Source of the DNA: a virus
Direction: 5' to 3' (one strand)
DNA: 14,223 bases
UHGV virus genome: UHGV-0099328
Shown here in pieces: positions 1 to 7,692 of the stretch. Position numbers and translations under genes: made by a program. The number at the start of each line of letters is the position of its first letter. The first letter of the stretch is position 1. A model generated the notes under the pieces. It ran no database searches. It was not told the DNA's origin and saw only the letters and a list, made by a program, of their open reading frames with translations.

Positions 1-155
1 GCTCCGGATGAATATGATGATCTCATATCAGGAACTTGTTCGCACCTTCCTTAGCGCGACCTCCTGCCACCCGCTTTCACGAAGGTCATGTGTAGAAGGC
101 CGCAGCGTAACTATCACTGATGAATTCAGGATAGCCAGTGGCTACGGCTCAGTTA

Positions 156-231
156 TGGTGCTGTTTAACGGACTTGAACCGCTACCCATTCGCTTACAAG
201 GCGACCGCTCTACCATTGGAGCTAAAACAGC
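156..231 (-). tRNA. tRNA-Thr (anticodon UGU), phage-encoded
   Basis: Reverse complement folds as a canonical cloverleaf: acceptor GCTGTTT/AAACAGC 7/7 bp, D-stem GCTC/GAGC, anticodon loop CTTGTAA with U33 and anticodon TGT, T-stem AGCGG/CCGTT, T-loop TTCAAGT, discriminator A and encoded CCA. Anticodon stem has one mismatch. Isotype is from hand folding only. Confidence 0.6.
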
Positions 232-236
232 ATGTT

Positions 237-311
237 TGGCGGGACAGCGTGGACTCGAACCACGATAAGAAGGTTAACAGCCTTCCGTAATCACCTTTAT
301 ACGACTGACCC
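237..311 (-). tRNA. tRNA-Asn (anticodon GUU), phage-encoded
   Basis: Reverse complement gives a cloverleaf: anticodon stem GAAGG/CCTTC 5/5 bp, loop CTGTTAA (anticodon GTT), T-stem CGTGG/CCACG with T-loop TTCGAGT, 3' CCA encoded. Anticodon loop and T-arm resemble E. coli tRNA-Asn as recalled. Acceptor stem has one T-T mismatch and the D-stem is only 3 bp, so function is uncertain. Confidence 0.55.
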
Positions 312-374
312 AAATAAAAAAAGCCACCGTTGCAACTTAAGAGTCACTAACGGCAGCTTACCTTCTAATTATGG

Positions 375-893
375 CTAAATGGATAATTGCATGTCAAGGC
401 TTTTAACAGCAACATGCTTAACTTTCTCAACACGTTTACGCATTTTGAAAGCATTTTGCATTGGCTGGTACAAAACAAATAACGATGCTTTCAGGATGTC
501 GTCAATTTCGTTTCTACAGGTTGCCAGTGAAGGTTTTCTCCATCCCTCGCCACCACGTCCACACATCTTGCGTGGCTTTGCAGTCGCGTGATAGTAGGAT
601 GCAATTGCTCGCTTAGATGAACCATGAGCGTAGTAGCTGAGGAGGATGCCAAAGGCTTTCTTGTCAATGCACATGACGGAATCGACGACCTGAGAAATCA
701 ACATTCCATCATCATCATTGCACATTGGCCTTGTCATAACTCTTCCCGGCTCTACGCTCTCCATGAACTTCGCTATTACGCTGCTCATGCGCTTTTCCAG
801 ACGACCTGAATAAACCCATGCGCCCCACAGTTCAAGCCAGCCATTCAGCCACTCATGCTGTTCTTTGGTGAGGTTTAGTTCTCTTATGCCCAC
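375..893 (-). CDS. Q: Late-gene antitermination protein Q (non-lambda Q family, resembling DLP12 QuuD / phage 82 type)
   Basis: 172-aa ORF immediately downstream of NinI with 10-nt overlap. Motifs WGAW and [11 protein letters not shown] match the QuuD-type Q proteins as recalled and do not match lambda Q. Position after the nin genes is the canonical Q position. Confidence 0.75.
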   Translation of the reverse strand: MGIRELNLTKEQHEWLNGWLELWGAWVYSGRLEKRMSSVIAKFMESVEPGRVMTRPMCNDDDGMLISQVVDSVMCIDKKAFGILLSYYAHGSSKRAIASYYHATAKPRKMCGRGGEGWRKPSLATCRNEIDDILKASLFVLYQPMQNAFKMRKRVEKVKHVAVKSLDMQLSI

Positions 894-1555
894 GCGCCTT
901 CTCCCTGTACCTGAATCAATGTGAGGTTTCCGCAGAACACTGCGCCGGTATCGATATACATTTGGTTGGCAAATTTAAGTGGTTTCACTGCTGGCGTATG
1001 ACCAAAGATAAACGTGTCCGCGCCTTTAATTTCTTTCACGATCCCGTCTTGTGAGTTGCTGATTCGTTCGCGGTTCCAGATTACCTGCTGATGATCAACT
1101 GGCTTTCCAAATTCGTATTCGTCACAAGGATAATCGGCGTGGCAGATGACATATTTTTTACCTTTGCTCACCAGTTCGATGATTAACGGAAGTTCTTCTG
1201 CTTTATGGGCAAGAGCTTTAGCCAGAATTTCTTTGTCGTAATCGAGATTAAAGAACCAGACACCGCCATTAAGCAGCCAGTGATTGACGTTTCCACGCTC
1301 TGATAAGCCATCAATCATCATGTGCTCATGGTTTCCACGTACAGCTCTGAACCAGGGGAATGTGATTAATTCCAGGCATTCAACGTTCTCTGCACCACGA
1401 TCAACCAAATCGCCCACCGAGATAAGCAGGTCTTTTTTGTTGTCGAATCCAATCGTATCCAGTTTGTTCATAAGGTTCGTGTAGCATCCGTGCAGGTCGC
1501 CAGCTACCCAAATATTTCGGTATTTGCTGCCATCAATTCTTTCGTAGATATTCAT
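884..1555 (-). CDS. ninI: Serine/threonine protein phosphatase NinI (lambda PPase)
   Basis: 223-aa ORF with metallophosphatase motifs GDLHG, GDLVDRG and GNHE; near-identical over its length to lambda NinI as recalled. Start ATG overlaps the NinG stop (ATGA). Confidence 0.9.
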   Translation of the reverse strand: MNIYERIDGSKYRNIWVAGDLHGCYTNLMNKLDTIGFDNKKDLLISVGDLVDRGAENVECLELITFPWFRAVRGNHEHMMIDGLSERGNVNHWLLNGGVWFFNLDYDKEILAKALAHKAEELPLIIELVSKGKKYVICHADYPCDEYEFGKPVDHQQVIWNRERISNSQDGIVKEIKGADTFIFGHTPAVKPLKFANQMYIDTGAVFCGNLTLIQVQGEGAWA

Positions 1556-2163
1556 GCAGCCTCACTTCTGCTGTTTCGCAGTTTTTTAAGTTTCTGTTGA
1601 TACTCCGCCTTGATGGTCCTGCACTCTTCGACAGTCCAGCGATGGCGGTTATGGTTTGATTCGATTTCGTCTACTGCTTCCTGCCCGATGCGGTTAATCA
1701 GTTCGACGCGATACGGAACGAGATTTCCGCTTTTGTGCTGGTTGCACACCACGCATTGCTTGTGAATATTGCGTTCATCAAATCGGAGTTGAGGCGCCGC
1801 AGCAGTTGTCCGGTAATGCCCGGCATCCCACTGAGCAGACGTGAGCGTTCCGCACGAGATACATGGTAAGTCGCGGTCTCTTTCTCTGATGAAGGCGTTT
1901 ACGGCTTGTTGGGCTTGTTTAATCCAGTAACTGCGGGGCTTTAAGGCGAGTTTTCGAATCTTAAGTTTATCTTTCTGTTTCTGATCCTCTCGTCGTCGTT
2001 TCTTCTCTGCTGCTTTTTCCGCTTTTTCGCGTTCTTTACTTCGTCGTTCGAGTGCTATCTTGGTTCCACACTCTGGAGAGCACCACCACTGATTAGCGAA
2101 TGCAGGGTGAAACCATTCCCGACATTCATCGTTTTTACATCGTCTTCGCGCTGGTTTAGCCAT
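1552..2163 (-). CDS. ninG: NinG (Rap) recombination-associated endonuclease
   Basis: 203-aa ORF with a Cys-rich N-terminus and highly basic central region; matches lambda NinG as recalled. Sits in the lambda ninF-ninG-ninI order. Confidence 0.85.
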   Translation of the reverse strand: MAKPARRRCKNDECREWFHPAFANQWWCSPECGTKIALERRSKEREKAEKAAEKKRRREDQKQKDKLKIRKLALKPRSYWIKQAQQAVNAFIRERDRDLPCISCGTLTSAQWDAGHYRTTAAAPQLRFDERNIHKQCVVCNQHKSGNLVPYRVELINRIGQEAVDEIESNHNRHRWTVEECRTIKAEYQQKLKKLRNSRSEAA

Positions 2164-2326
2164 CGTCTTCTTCCTCGTACATTGAGCTATTCGGATCGCT
2201 CATCAGTTCTGCGCAGCAGTGCTCACACACGTGAACTTCCAGCACATGCAGCTTCTGACCGCAGTTAGCGCACGTTAAAGCCCGCTCGACGCTTTCTTGT
2301 TCGTAACTTCGATTTTGGTCAATCAC
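2156..2326 (-). CDS. ninF: NinF-like small Cys-rich protein
   Basis: Not in the supplied ORF track (under 60 aa). Hand translation from a GTG start gives a 56-aa peptide, [56 protein letters not shown], whose stop overlaps the NinG start. Packed between NinE and NinG as in lambda. Confidence 0.55.
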   Translation of the reverse strand: MIDQNRSYEQESVERALTCANCGQKLHVLEVHVCEHCCAELMSDPNSSMYEEEDDG

Positions 2327-2505
2327 CTTGTTTTCCTCGCACGTTCTCTAAGCCACCGGATATCCCACAGGTGAGCCGTGTAGTTGAAGGTTTTTACGTC
2401 AGATTCTTTTGGGATTGGCTTGCGTTTATTTCTGGAGCGTTTCGTTGGAAGGTATTTGCAGTTTTCGCAGATGATGTCGGTGATACTTCGTCGCTGTCGC
2501 CTCAT
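2323..2505 (-). CDS. ninE: NinE
   Basis: 60-aa basic ORF whose ATG overlaps the NinB stop (GAATGA); matches lambda NinE as recalled. Confidence 0.75.
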   Translation of the reverse strand: MRRQRRSITDIICENCKYLPTKRSRNKRKPIPKESDVKTFNYTAHLWDIRWLRERARKTR

Positions 2506-2912
2506 TCATACCTCCTGTCGGTAAATCTGACACCCTGACCAATAGCCCAGGCTGTTGTGTACTCGATAAGACTTGCCATACGCTTCACACTCATCTGCGC
2601 GCTGCTTTCGCGAATGTTGACGTATTCGCCTTCAAGCCCGGGCAAAACATCAGCTTCCTGCTTTGTTGCCACTGCATGACCGCTGATCAACAAAACCTTC
2701 CATTGTTCTGGTTTTAACCATTTATCGCGCCACTGAACTTGCCTAGCGATATCTGCGACCATCGCGTGAAATTTTGCGTTCTGGTCAAGGTTGCGCTTGT
2801 AGTCAGTAATGCGGATGGTGACTGGCTTGTCTTTATCGAGTGGTGTTGCGAGGATGGCATTTATTGCGGCTTGCTGTTGTTGCTTAGTTCGGAGGAAGAT
2901 TGTTTGCTTCAC
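2502..2912 (-). CDS. ninB: NinB-family recombination protein (Orf family)
   Basis: 136-aa ORF with a GTG start preceded by AAGGAG at 6-nt spacing. Conserved block [27 protein letters not shown] parallels lambda NinB (RSLDQNRKLWACLGDVSRQVEWHGRWL as recalled); diverged from lambda. Confidence 0.75.
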   Translation of the reverse strand: MKQTIFLRTKQQQQAAINAILATPLDKDKPVTIRITDYKRNLDQNAKFHAMVADIARQVQWRDKWLKPEQWKVLLISGHAVATKQEADVLPGLEGEYVNIRESSAQMSVKRMASLIEYTTAWAIGQGVRFTDRRYE

Positions 2913-2923
2913 TGAATACTCCT

Positions 2924-3115
2924 TTATTTTTTATGCCTGTAACCCCATTCTTCCAGCAACCTTGCGGCGTACCACCCAAGAAACAAAGGAAAGAACATTA
3001 CAATGAGATATTCCCCGCCACGGTCAATGTTCGAAATTGACCAGATTACGATGTAACCAGTGCAGGACAGGAATATTACAAACCCCAAAAAGCTACTTCG
3101 TCGACTCATGCTCAC
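2924..3115 (-). CDS. Hypothetical small membrane protein
   Basis: 63-aa ORF with two hydrophobic segments; its start overlaps the stop of the upstream 94-aa ORF (ATGA). Same strand as the nin operon. Confidence 0.45.
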   Translation of the reverse strand: MSMSRRSSFLGFVIFLSCTGYIVIWSISNIDRGGEYLIVMFFPLFLGWYAARLLEEWGYRHKK

Positions 3116-3396
3116 TCCTTCACTTTGATTCCAGCGGCGCGGATGGATTCATCGATATCGTCACGGTCGTACACAGCAATAGCATCACTGACAAACCATA
3201 CAGGCAACTCAATTTCAATAGCTGCTCGCGATGCCTGCCACGTTTGCCAGTGGCCTTGAACATCGTCCATCACGTATTGACCACCAATATCACCACTGCC
3301 AATTTCATGGTGATTTTCAGGGTAACGGATAAGGTCTGATGATTCGCCTCCACGTCGCAACCAACTTTCTTCAAACTGCTTTCTTGATTCGTCCAT
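3112..3396 (-). CDS. Hypothetical acidic protein (nin-region accessory gene)
   Basis: 94-aa ORF, acidic and soluble-looking, on the operon strand between the replication and nin genes. No family recognised. Confidence 0.5.
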   Translation of the reverse strand: MDESRKQFEESWLRRGGESSDLIRYPENHHEIGSGDIGGQYVMDDVQGHWQTWQASRAAIEIELPVWFVSDAIAVYDRDDIDESIRAAGIKVKE

Positions 3397-3413
3397 CGAT
3401 ACTTACCCTCAGT

Positions 3414-3620
3414 TCAACTCACAAAACGCCACGCCATTTTGGCTACAGCGACAGGCATAACACCGATAATCACCCAGACAAATGCAGCGCCAAACAACGT
3501 ATACCATGGTTCTTTACCGTCATTCACAAGACGAATGTAGCTATGCAGAACAATAAAAAACGTCAGAAGAATCCATCCAACGCCAACGAATTTGAGTGCG
3601 ACGAGCATAAACTCAACCAC
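3414..3620 (-). CDS. Hypothetical small membrane protein
   Basis: 68-aa ORF with two predicted transmembrane segments, first gene after the tR2-like terminator. Confidence 0.45.
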   Translation of the reverse strand: MVEFMLVALKFVGVGWILLTFFIVLHSYIRLVNDGKEPWYTLFGAAFVWVIIGVMPVAVAKMAWRFVS

Positions 3621-3630
3621 GATTTACTCT

Positions 3631-3667
3631 CCCCCAAATAAAAAGGCCTGCGATTACCAGCAGGCCT
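3631..3667 (-). terminator. Intrinsic terminator after the helicase gene (lambda tR2 position)
   Basis: On the minus strand: AGGCCTGC-tggtaatc-GCAGGCCT (8-bp GC-rich stem) followed by TTTTTATTT. Lies between the helicase stop and the first nin-region ORF. Confidence 0.6.
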
Positions 3668-3695
3668 GTTATTAGCTCAGTGATGTAGATGGTCA

Positions 3696-5132
3696 TCAGA
3701 ATCCTCCTTTCTTCTTGGACTGCGGTTCCTCGCGTTCACGTCGGCGCATTTCAGCAGACTGTTGGTCTGTGTCATAAATAGCGCCATTTGCCTGAATGCA
3801 ATACACCGTGCCGGTATTGCCATGACGATTGAGACGAAGGATTAGTTCAGTTTCACCAGGTGGAACACTGTCATCAAAAGCGCCTTCACGATGGATCCCG
3901 ACCCAATAATCGCAATCCTGTTCAATCTGCCCTGTATCTCGTGAGTCACTTGGTAATGGGCGTTTATTGGTTCTGCTTTCCAGTGCGCGGTTAAGCTGCG
4001 TCAGAAGCACAACAACGCAATCAAGCTCTTTGGCAAGGTTCTTCAGTCCTTTGGTGATCATGCCGTAAGCAAGGTCGTTGCGATCGGCCTTCTCAGCGGT
4101 CATTAGTGTCAGGTAATCGACCAGAATCATGCCAACACATCCTTTTTCTCGCTTGATTCGACGGCTTTCGCTGACGATTTGAGCCAGAGATAATCCCGGC
4201 GTGTCGTCGATGTAAAGCAGGTCTATTTCACTCAAGCGATTGGCTGTTTCTATCGCCCTGTTGAAGTCACCATCGTAATCACCCTGATAGCCGTCATCGG
4301 CGTCATTTGTCGCCGGAAGGTAAAAAATATTCGGGTTAACACCAGACTTCTGCCCTACCAGTTTTTCCAGTATCTGATCACCTGGCATTTCAAGGCTGAA
4401 CATCAATGCGGGCTTTTTCTCATGCACTGCGCAATTGATTGCCATCTGGCTGTATAGCGTCGTTTTCCCCATCTTAGGGCGAGCGCCAATGACAAACAGA
4501 GAGCCTTTCACCAGACCTTTCGGTGACAGCATCCTGTCCAGCGATGGGATCCCTGTGCTCATTCCCCGTTGTTCGCCTGATGGGTCAAATCGCTTCTCAA
4601 GGTCGCTAACCCAGTCTTCCATGACCTCACCAAATGAGCGAAGGCCGCGACGCGATCCGGTTTTTGCATGGTCTGTCAGTTGCGTGAAAATCGCCTGAAT
4701 AGCTTCGTACTTCTGCGTTGCAGTCATTCCGTTGCGGGAATAGAGCAATTCCGTCGCTTCAGTCATGCGGTTGATGGCGTAGCGTTCCATTGCGGTTTCA
4801 CGAACCTGCATTGCATAGGCAACGATGTTTGCTGCGCTTGGCGTGTTCTTTGCGATCTCAGAGATATAAGCAAAACCGCCAACAGACGCCGTTAACGATT
4901 TGCGCTCCAGTTCATCGAAAAGCGTCAGGCCATCTACTGGCTTTTGCTCCCGGTGCATTCTGGTTATTTCTTCGAAAAGGATTTTGTGTGGTCGGCTGTA
5001 AAATGAATCAGGCTTCAGCATCGCCAGAACTTTCTGGACGCGCTCACTGCTGTCATCATCCAGAAGCAATCCACCAATCACCGCCTGCTCTGCCTCGATG
5101 CTATGGGGCGGCGCATAAAAATTATCGGTCAT
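3696..5132 (-). CDS. Replicative DNA helicase, DnaB family (P22 gp12-like)
   Basis: Walker A GARPKMGKTT and DnaB-like architecture. ORF track starts at 5147 (GTG), but ATG at 5132 with upstream GAGGG is preferred, giving an 11-nt overlap with the initiator gene. Confidence 0.9.
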   Translation of the reverse strand: MTDNFYAPPHSIEAEQAVIGGLLLDDDSSERVQKVLAMLKPDSFYSRPHKILFEEITRMHREQKPVDGLTLFDELERKSLTASVGGFAYISEIAKNTPSAANIVAYAMQVRETAMERYAINRMTEATELLYSRNGMTATQKYEAIQAIFTQLTDHAKTGSRRGLRSFGEVMEDWVSDLEKRFDPSGEQRGMSTGIPSLDRMLSPKGLVKGSLFVIGARPKMGKTTLYSQMAINCAVHEKKPALMFSLEMPGDQILEKLVGQKSGVNPNIFYLPATNDADDGYQGDYDGDFNRAIETANRLSEIDLLYIDDTPGLSLAQIVSESRRIKREKGCVGMILVDYLTLMTAEKADRNDLAYGMITKGLKNLAKELDCVVVLLTQLNRALESRTNKRPLPSDSRDTGQIEQDCDYWVGIHREGAFDDSVPPGETELILRLNRHGNTGTVYCIQANGAIYDTDQQSAEMRRREREEPQSKKKGGF

Positions 5133-6012
5133 CGTGTTCACCCTCACGAACTTTCAGGTAGGTATTATCGTTAAGCAGGAAATCAAATCCCTTTTTGTGC
5201 CAGACGGTTCCGCGTTGATGGTTTGGGCGTTCTTCGAACATCCATCGGCAATTTTCGCCTACGTAGCTCAAATAATTTCTCCAGTCCTGCATCGTGAACC
5301 CATGCCCGTCAAGCTGGCGGGTTATCACTCCGGCTTTGCGCCAGAACGTTCGGATCTGGTTTTTACGCTTGTCATTCAGTGCGCGGATTCTTGGCGCTTC
5401 AGGAAGGATTTCGTGGTAAGCATCGACAACATCCTGACAGCTGACGGAAGGTTTTTTCTTGTCAGACTTTTTATCTGCTGTGGCACTCTCTAATACGTCA
5501 GTATTAGAGATATTATTTATATTATTGTTTATGGACAACCGTTGGACAACCGTTGGACAATCTCCGCTGAGAGCCACGCCATTACTGGTGTTTGCGTTGG
5601 ACAACCGTTGGACAACCGTTGGACAATTTTTTGCCTGAAAATCGTCATATTTAACGATTGTAAACAGGCTAAATTTCTTCCCCATCGAGCAAATATTAAG
5701 CATCCCTTTCGACTCAAAAGTCCGTAATAAGCTCCGAACTTTGTTGTCGGGGATGAATGTTTCTCTGACCAGCGACGGGCGTCCAGTTATCATCTGACCG
5801 CGATCAACAGTTATCGGACCGATATCCGTATTGACGACAGTAGATTCGTGATTAGCCTTGAGGATTAAGTGAAGCCAAAGATGTACTGCCTGAGAGTCCT
5901 TATAGAGCCTGCTGTCCATAAACTGGCGGTGTATAGAGACATACCCCATACTGGATGCCTCCTGATGTTGTACAGGGTTATGCCTGTAATCAGCTAACTT
6001 AACGACGCCCAT
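5122..6012 (-). CDS. Replication initiator protein (lambda O / P22 gp18 analogue) containing the origin
   Basis: 296-aa ORF directly upstream of the helicase, with AGGAG 7 nt before the ATG. Origin iterons lie inside the coding sequence (repeated peptide CPTVVQRLS), as in lambda O. Confidence 0.8.
   Translation of the reverse strand: MGVVKLADYRHNPVQHQEASSMGYVSIHRQFMDSRLYKDSQAVHLWLHLILKANHESTVVNTDIGPITVDRGQMITGRPSLVRETFIPDNKVRSLLRTFESKGMLNICSMGKKFSLFTIVKYDDFQAKNCPTVVQRLSNANTSNGVALSGDCPTVVQRLSINNNINNISNTDVLESATADKKSDKKKPSVSCQDVVDAYHEILPEAPRIRALNDKRKNQIRTFWRKAGVITRQLDGHGFTMQDWRNYLSYVGENCRWMFEERPNHQRGTVWHKKGFDFLLNDNTYLKVREGEHDDR
5529..5630. repeat. Replication origin iterons: two clusters of about three 11-bp direct repeats (GGACAACCGTT) flanked by an AT-rich tract
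   Basis: Seen directly: atGGACAACCGTTGGACAACCGTTGGACAAtc at 5531-5562 and GTTGGACAACCGTTGGACAACCGTTGGACAAtt at 5596-5628, separated by about 35 bp, with an AT-rich stretch at 5495-5530. Classic lambdoid ori architecture. Confidence 0.75.
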
Positions 6013-6160
6013 GTTTCACTCCTGCTTTGGCTAGTCTGTAAACACCAACAAGGCGCTCTGCGAACGCCCTGTTATTTGCTGCGGCTACCACTAATCCCTC
6101 AGGTGAATCAGGGTGTCGAATCTCTTCTTTTTCCTGGTATTTCTTACGACGTTTTGTCAT
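5999..6160 (-). CDS. Hypothetical small basic protein between cII and the initiator
   Basis: Not in the ORF track (53 aa). ATG at 6160 preceded by AGGAG; translation MTKRRKKYQEKEEIRHPDSPEGLVVAAANNRAFAERLVGVYRLAKAGVKHGRR. Its stop overlaps the initiator start. Confidence 0.3.
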   Translation of the reverse strand: MTKRRKKYQEKEEIRHPDSPEGLVVAAANNRAFAERLVGVYRLAKAGVKHGRR

Positions 6161-6164
6161 AATT

Positions 6165-6237
6165 ACTCCTGTGGATTGATCCAGTCTTTCTACATCAGGC
6201 CTCGAAGAATTCGCCGTTCTTCGGGGCTTTTTCTTTT
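6165..6237 (+). ncRNA. oop: Candidate oop-like antisense RNA ending in an intrinsic terminator over the cII 3' end
   Basis: Plus-strand hairpin CGAAGAA-ttcgccg-TTCTTCG (6203-6223) followed by GGGCTTTTTCTTTT, antisense to the cII stop region. Lambda has oop RNA in the same relative position. The 5' end is not defined; the promoter is only guessed near CATAAT at 6158-6163. Confidence 0.4.
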
Positions 6238-6473
6238 GTCAGCATTCTGGCTACTTTCTTAGCCAGTTCCGCCAACTCCTCGTCTTCAACACCCCATTCA
6301 AGAACAGCCAGAAGCATTCCCATTTTGGGGATGAAGCTGTCTTTCCATCGCGAAATTTGCGATTCATTAATCCCTAACGCATCAGCAACCTTTCGCTGAC
6401 CACGTACAGCAATTCGATTCAGGATGTTGCTTGTAATTGCATTCGCTTTCTTGCGAGTACTTGTATGTTGCAT
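6195..6473 (-). CDS. cII: CII-family transcriptional activator (P22 C1-like)
   Basis: Start assigned to the internal ATG at 6473, which carries the lambda-like leader TAAGGAAATACTTACAT; the ORF track extends to 6533. Motif SQISRWK...IPKMGMLLAVLEWGV matches lambda CII (SQISRWK...IPKFSMLLAVLEWGV), while the N-terminus differs from lambda. Confidence 0.8.
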   Translation of the reverse strand: MQHTSTRKKANAITSNILNRIAVRGQRKVADALGINESQISRWKDSFIPKMGMLLAVLEWGVEDEELAELAKKVARMLTKEKAPKNGEFFEA

Positions 6474-6552
6474 ATGTAAGTATTTCCTTAGATAACAATT
6501 GATTGAATGTATGCAAATAAATGCATACACCATAGGTGTGGTTTAATTTGAT

Positions 6553-6584
6553 GCCCTTTTTCAGGGCTGGAATGTGTAAGAGCG
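6553..6584 (-). promoter_or_regulatory. nutR (boxA + boxB)
   Basis: On the minus strand: boxA CGCTCTTACACATTCCA and boxB GCCCTGAAAAAGGGC (perfect 5-bp stem) immediately downstream of cro, matching lambda nutR as recalled. Confidence 0.75.
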
Positions 6585-6591
6585 GGGTTAT

Positions 6592-6801
<210 letters not shown>

Positions 6802-6808
6802 TTAGTAC

Positions 6809-7606
<798 letters not shown>

Positions 7607-7692
7607 GTCCGCAGCAAGAGACTTTATACGCATCTAGATGTAGGAAATAAAAAAGAAGATCCCTACAATAAAAATAAGGAAATCATTAAGAT

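Noticed and set aside
1-155. Possible third tRNA upstream of the tRNA pair
   Set aside because: No canonical T-loop (GTTCRA) or paired acceptor ends found on either strand; only short hairpins are present (TAGCC-act-GGCTA, GGAA...TTCC).
8-268. 86-aa plus-strand ORF at the window start
   Set aside because: It lies entirely over the two minus-strand tRNA genes and their spacer, has no ribosome-binding site and no recognisable protein features.
4435-5161. Plus-strand ORFs of 87, 75 and 123 aa antisense to the helicase gene
   Set aside because: They are fully contained within the strongly supported DnaB-family helicase CDS on the opposite strand, and their translations are low-complexity and Arg/Cys-rich, typical of antisense frames.
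5529-5630. Possible CRISPR-like repeat array
   Set aside because: The repeats are 11-bp tandem iterons without spacers, embedded in a replication-initiator gene next to an AT-rich tract; this is an origin, not a CRISPR array.
6195-6533. 112-aa extended cII ORF starting at 6533
   Set aside because: The extension runs through the tR1/nutR-proximal leader; the ATG at 6473 carries the lambda-like cII leader and gives a CII-sized 92-aa protein.
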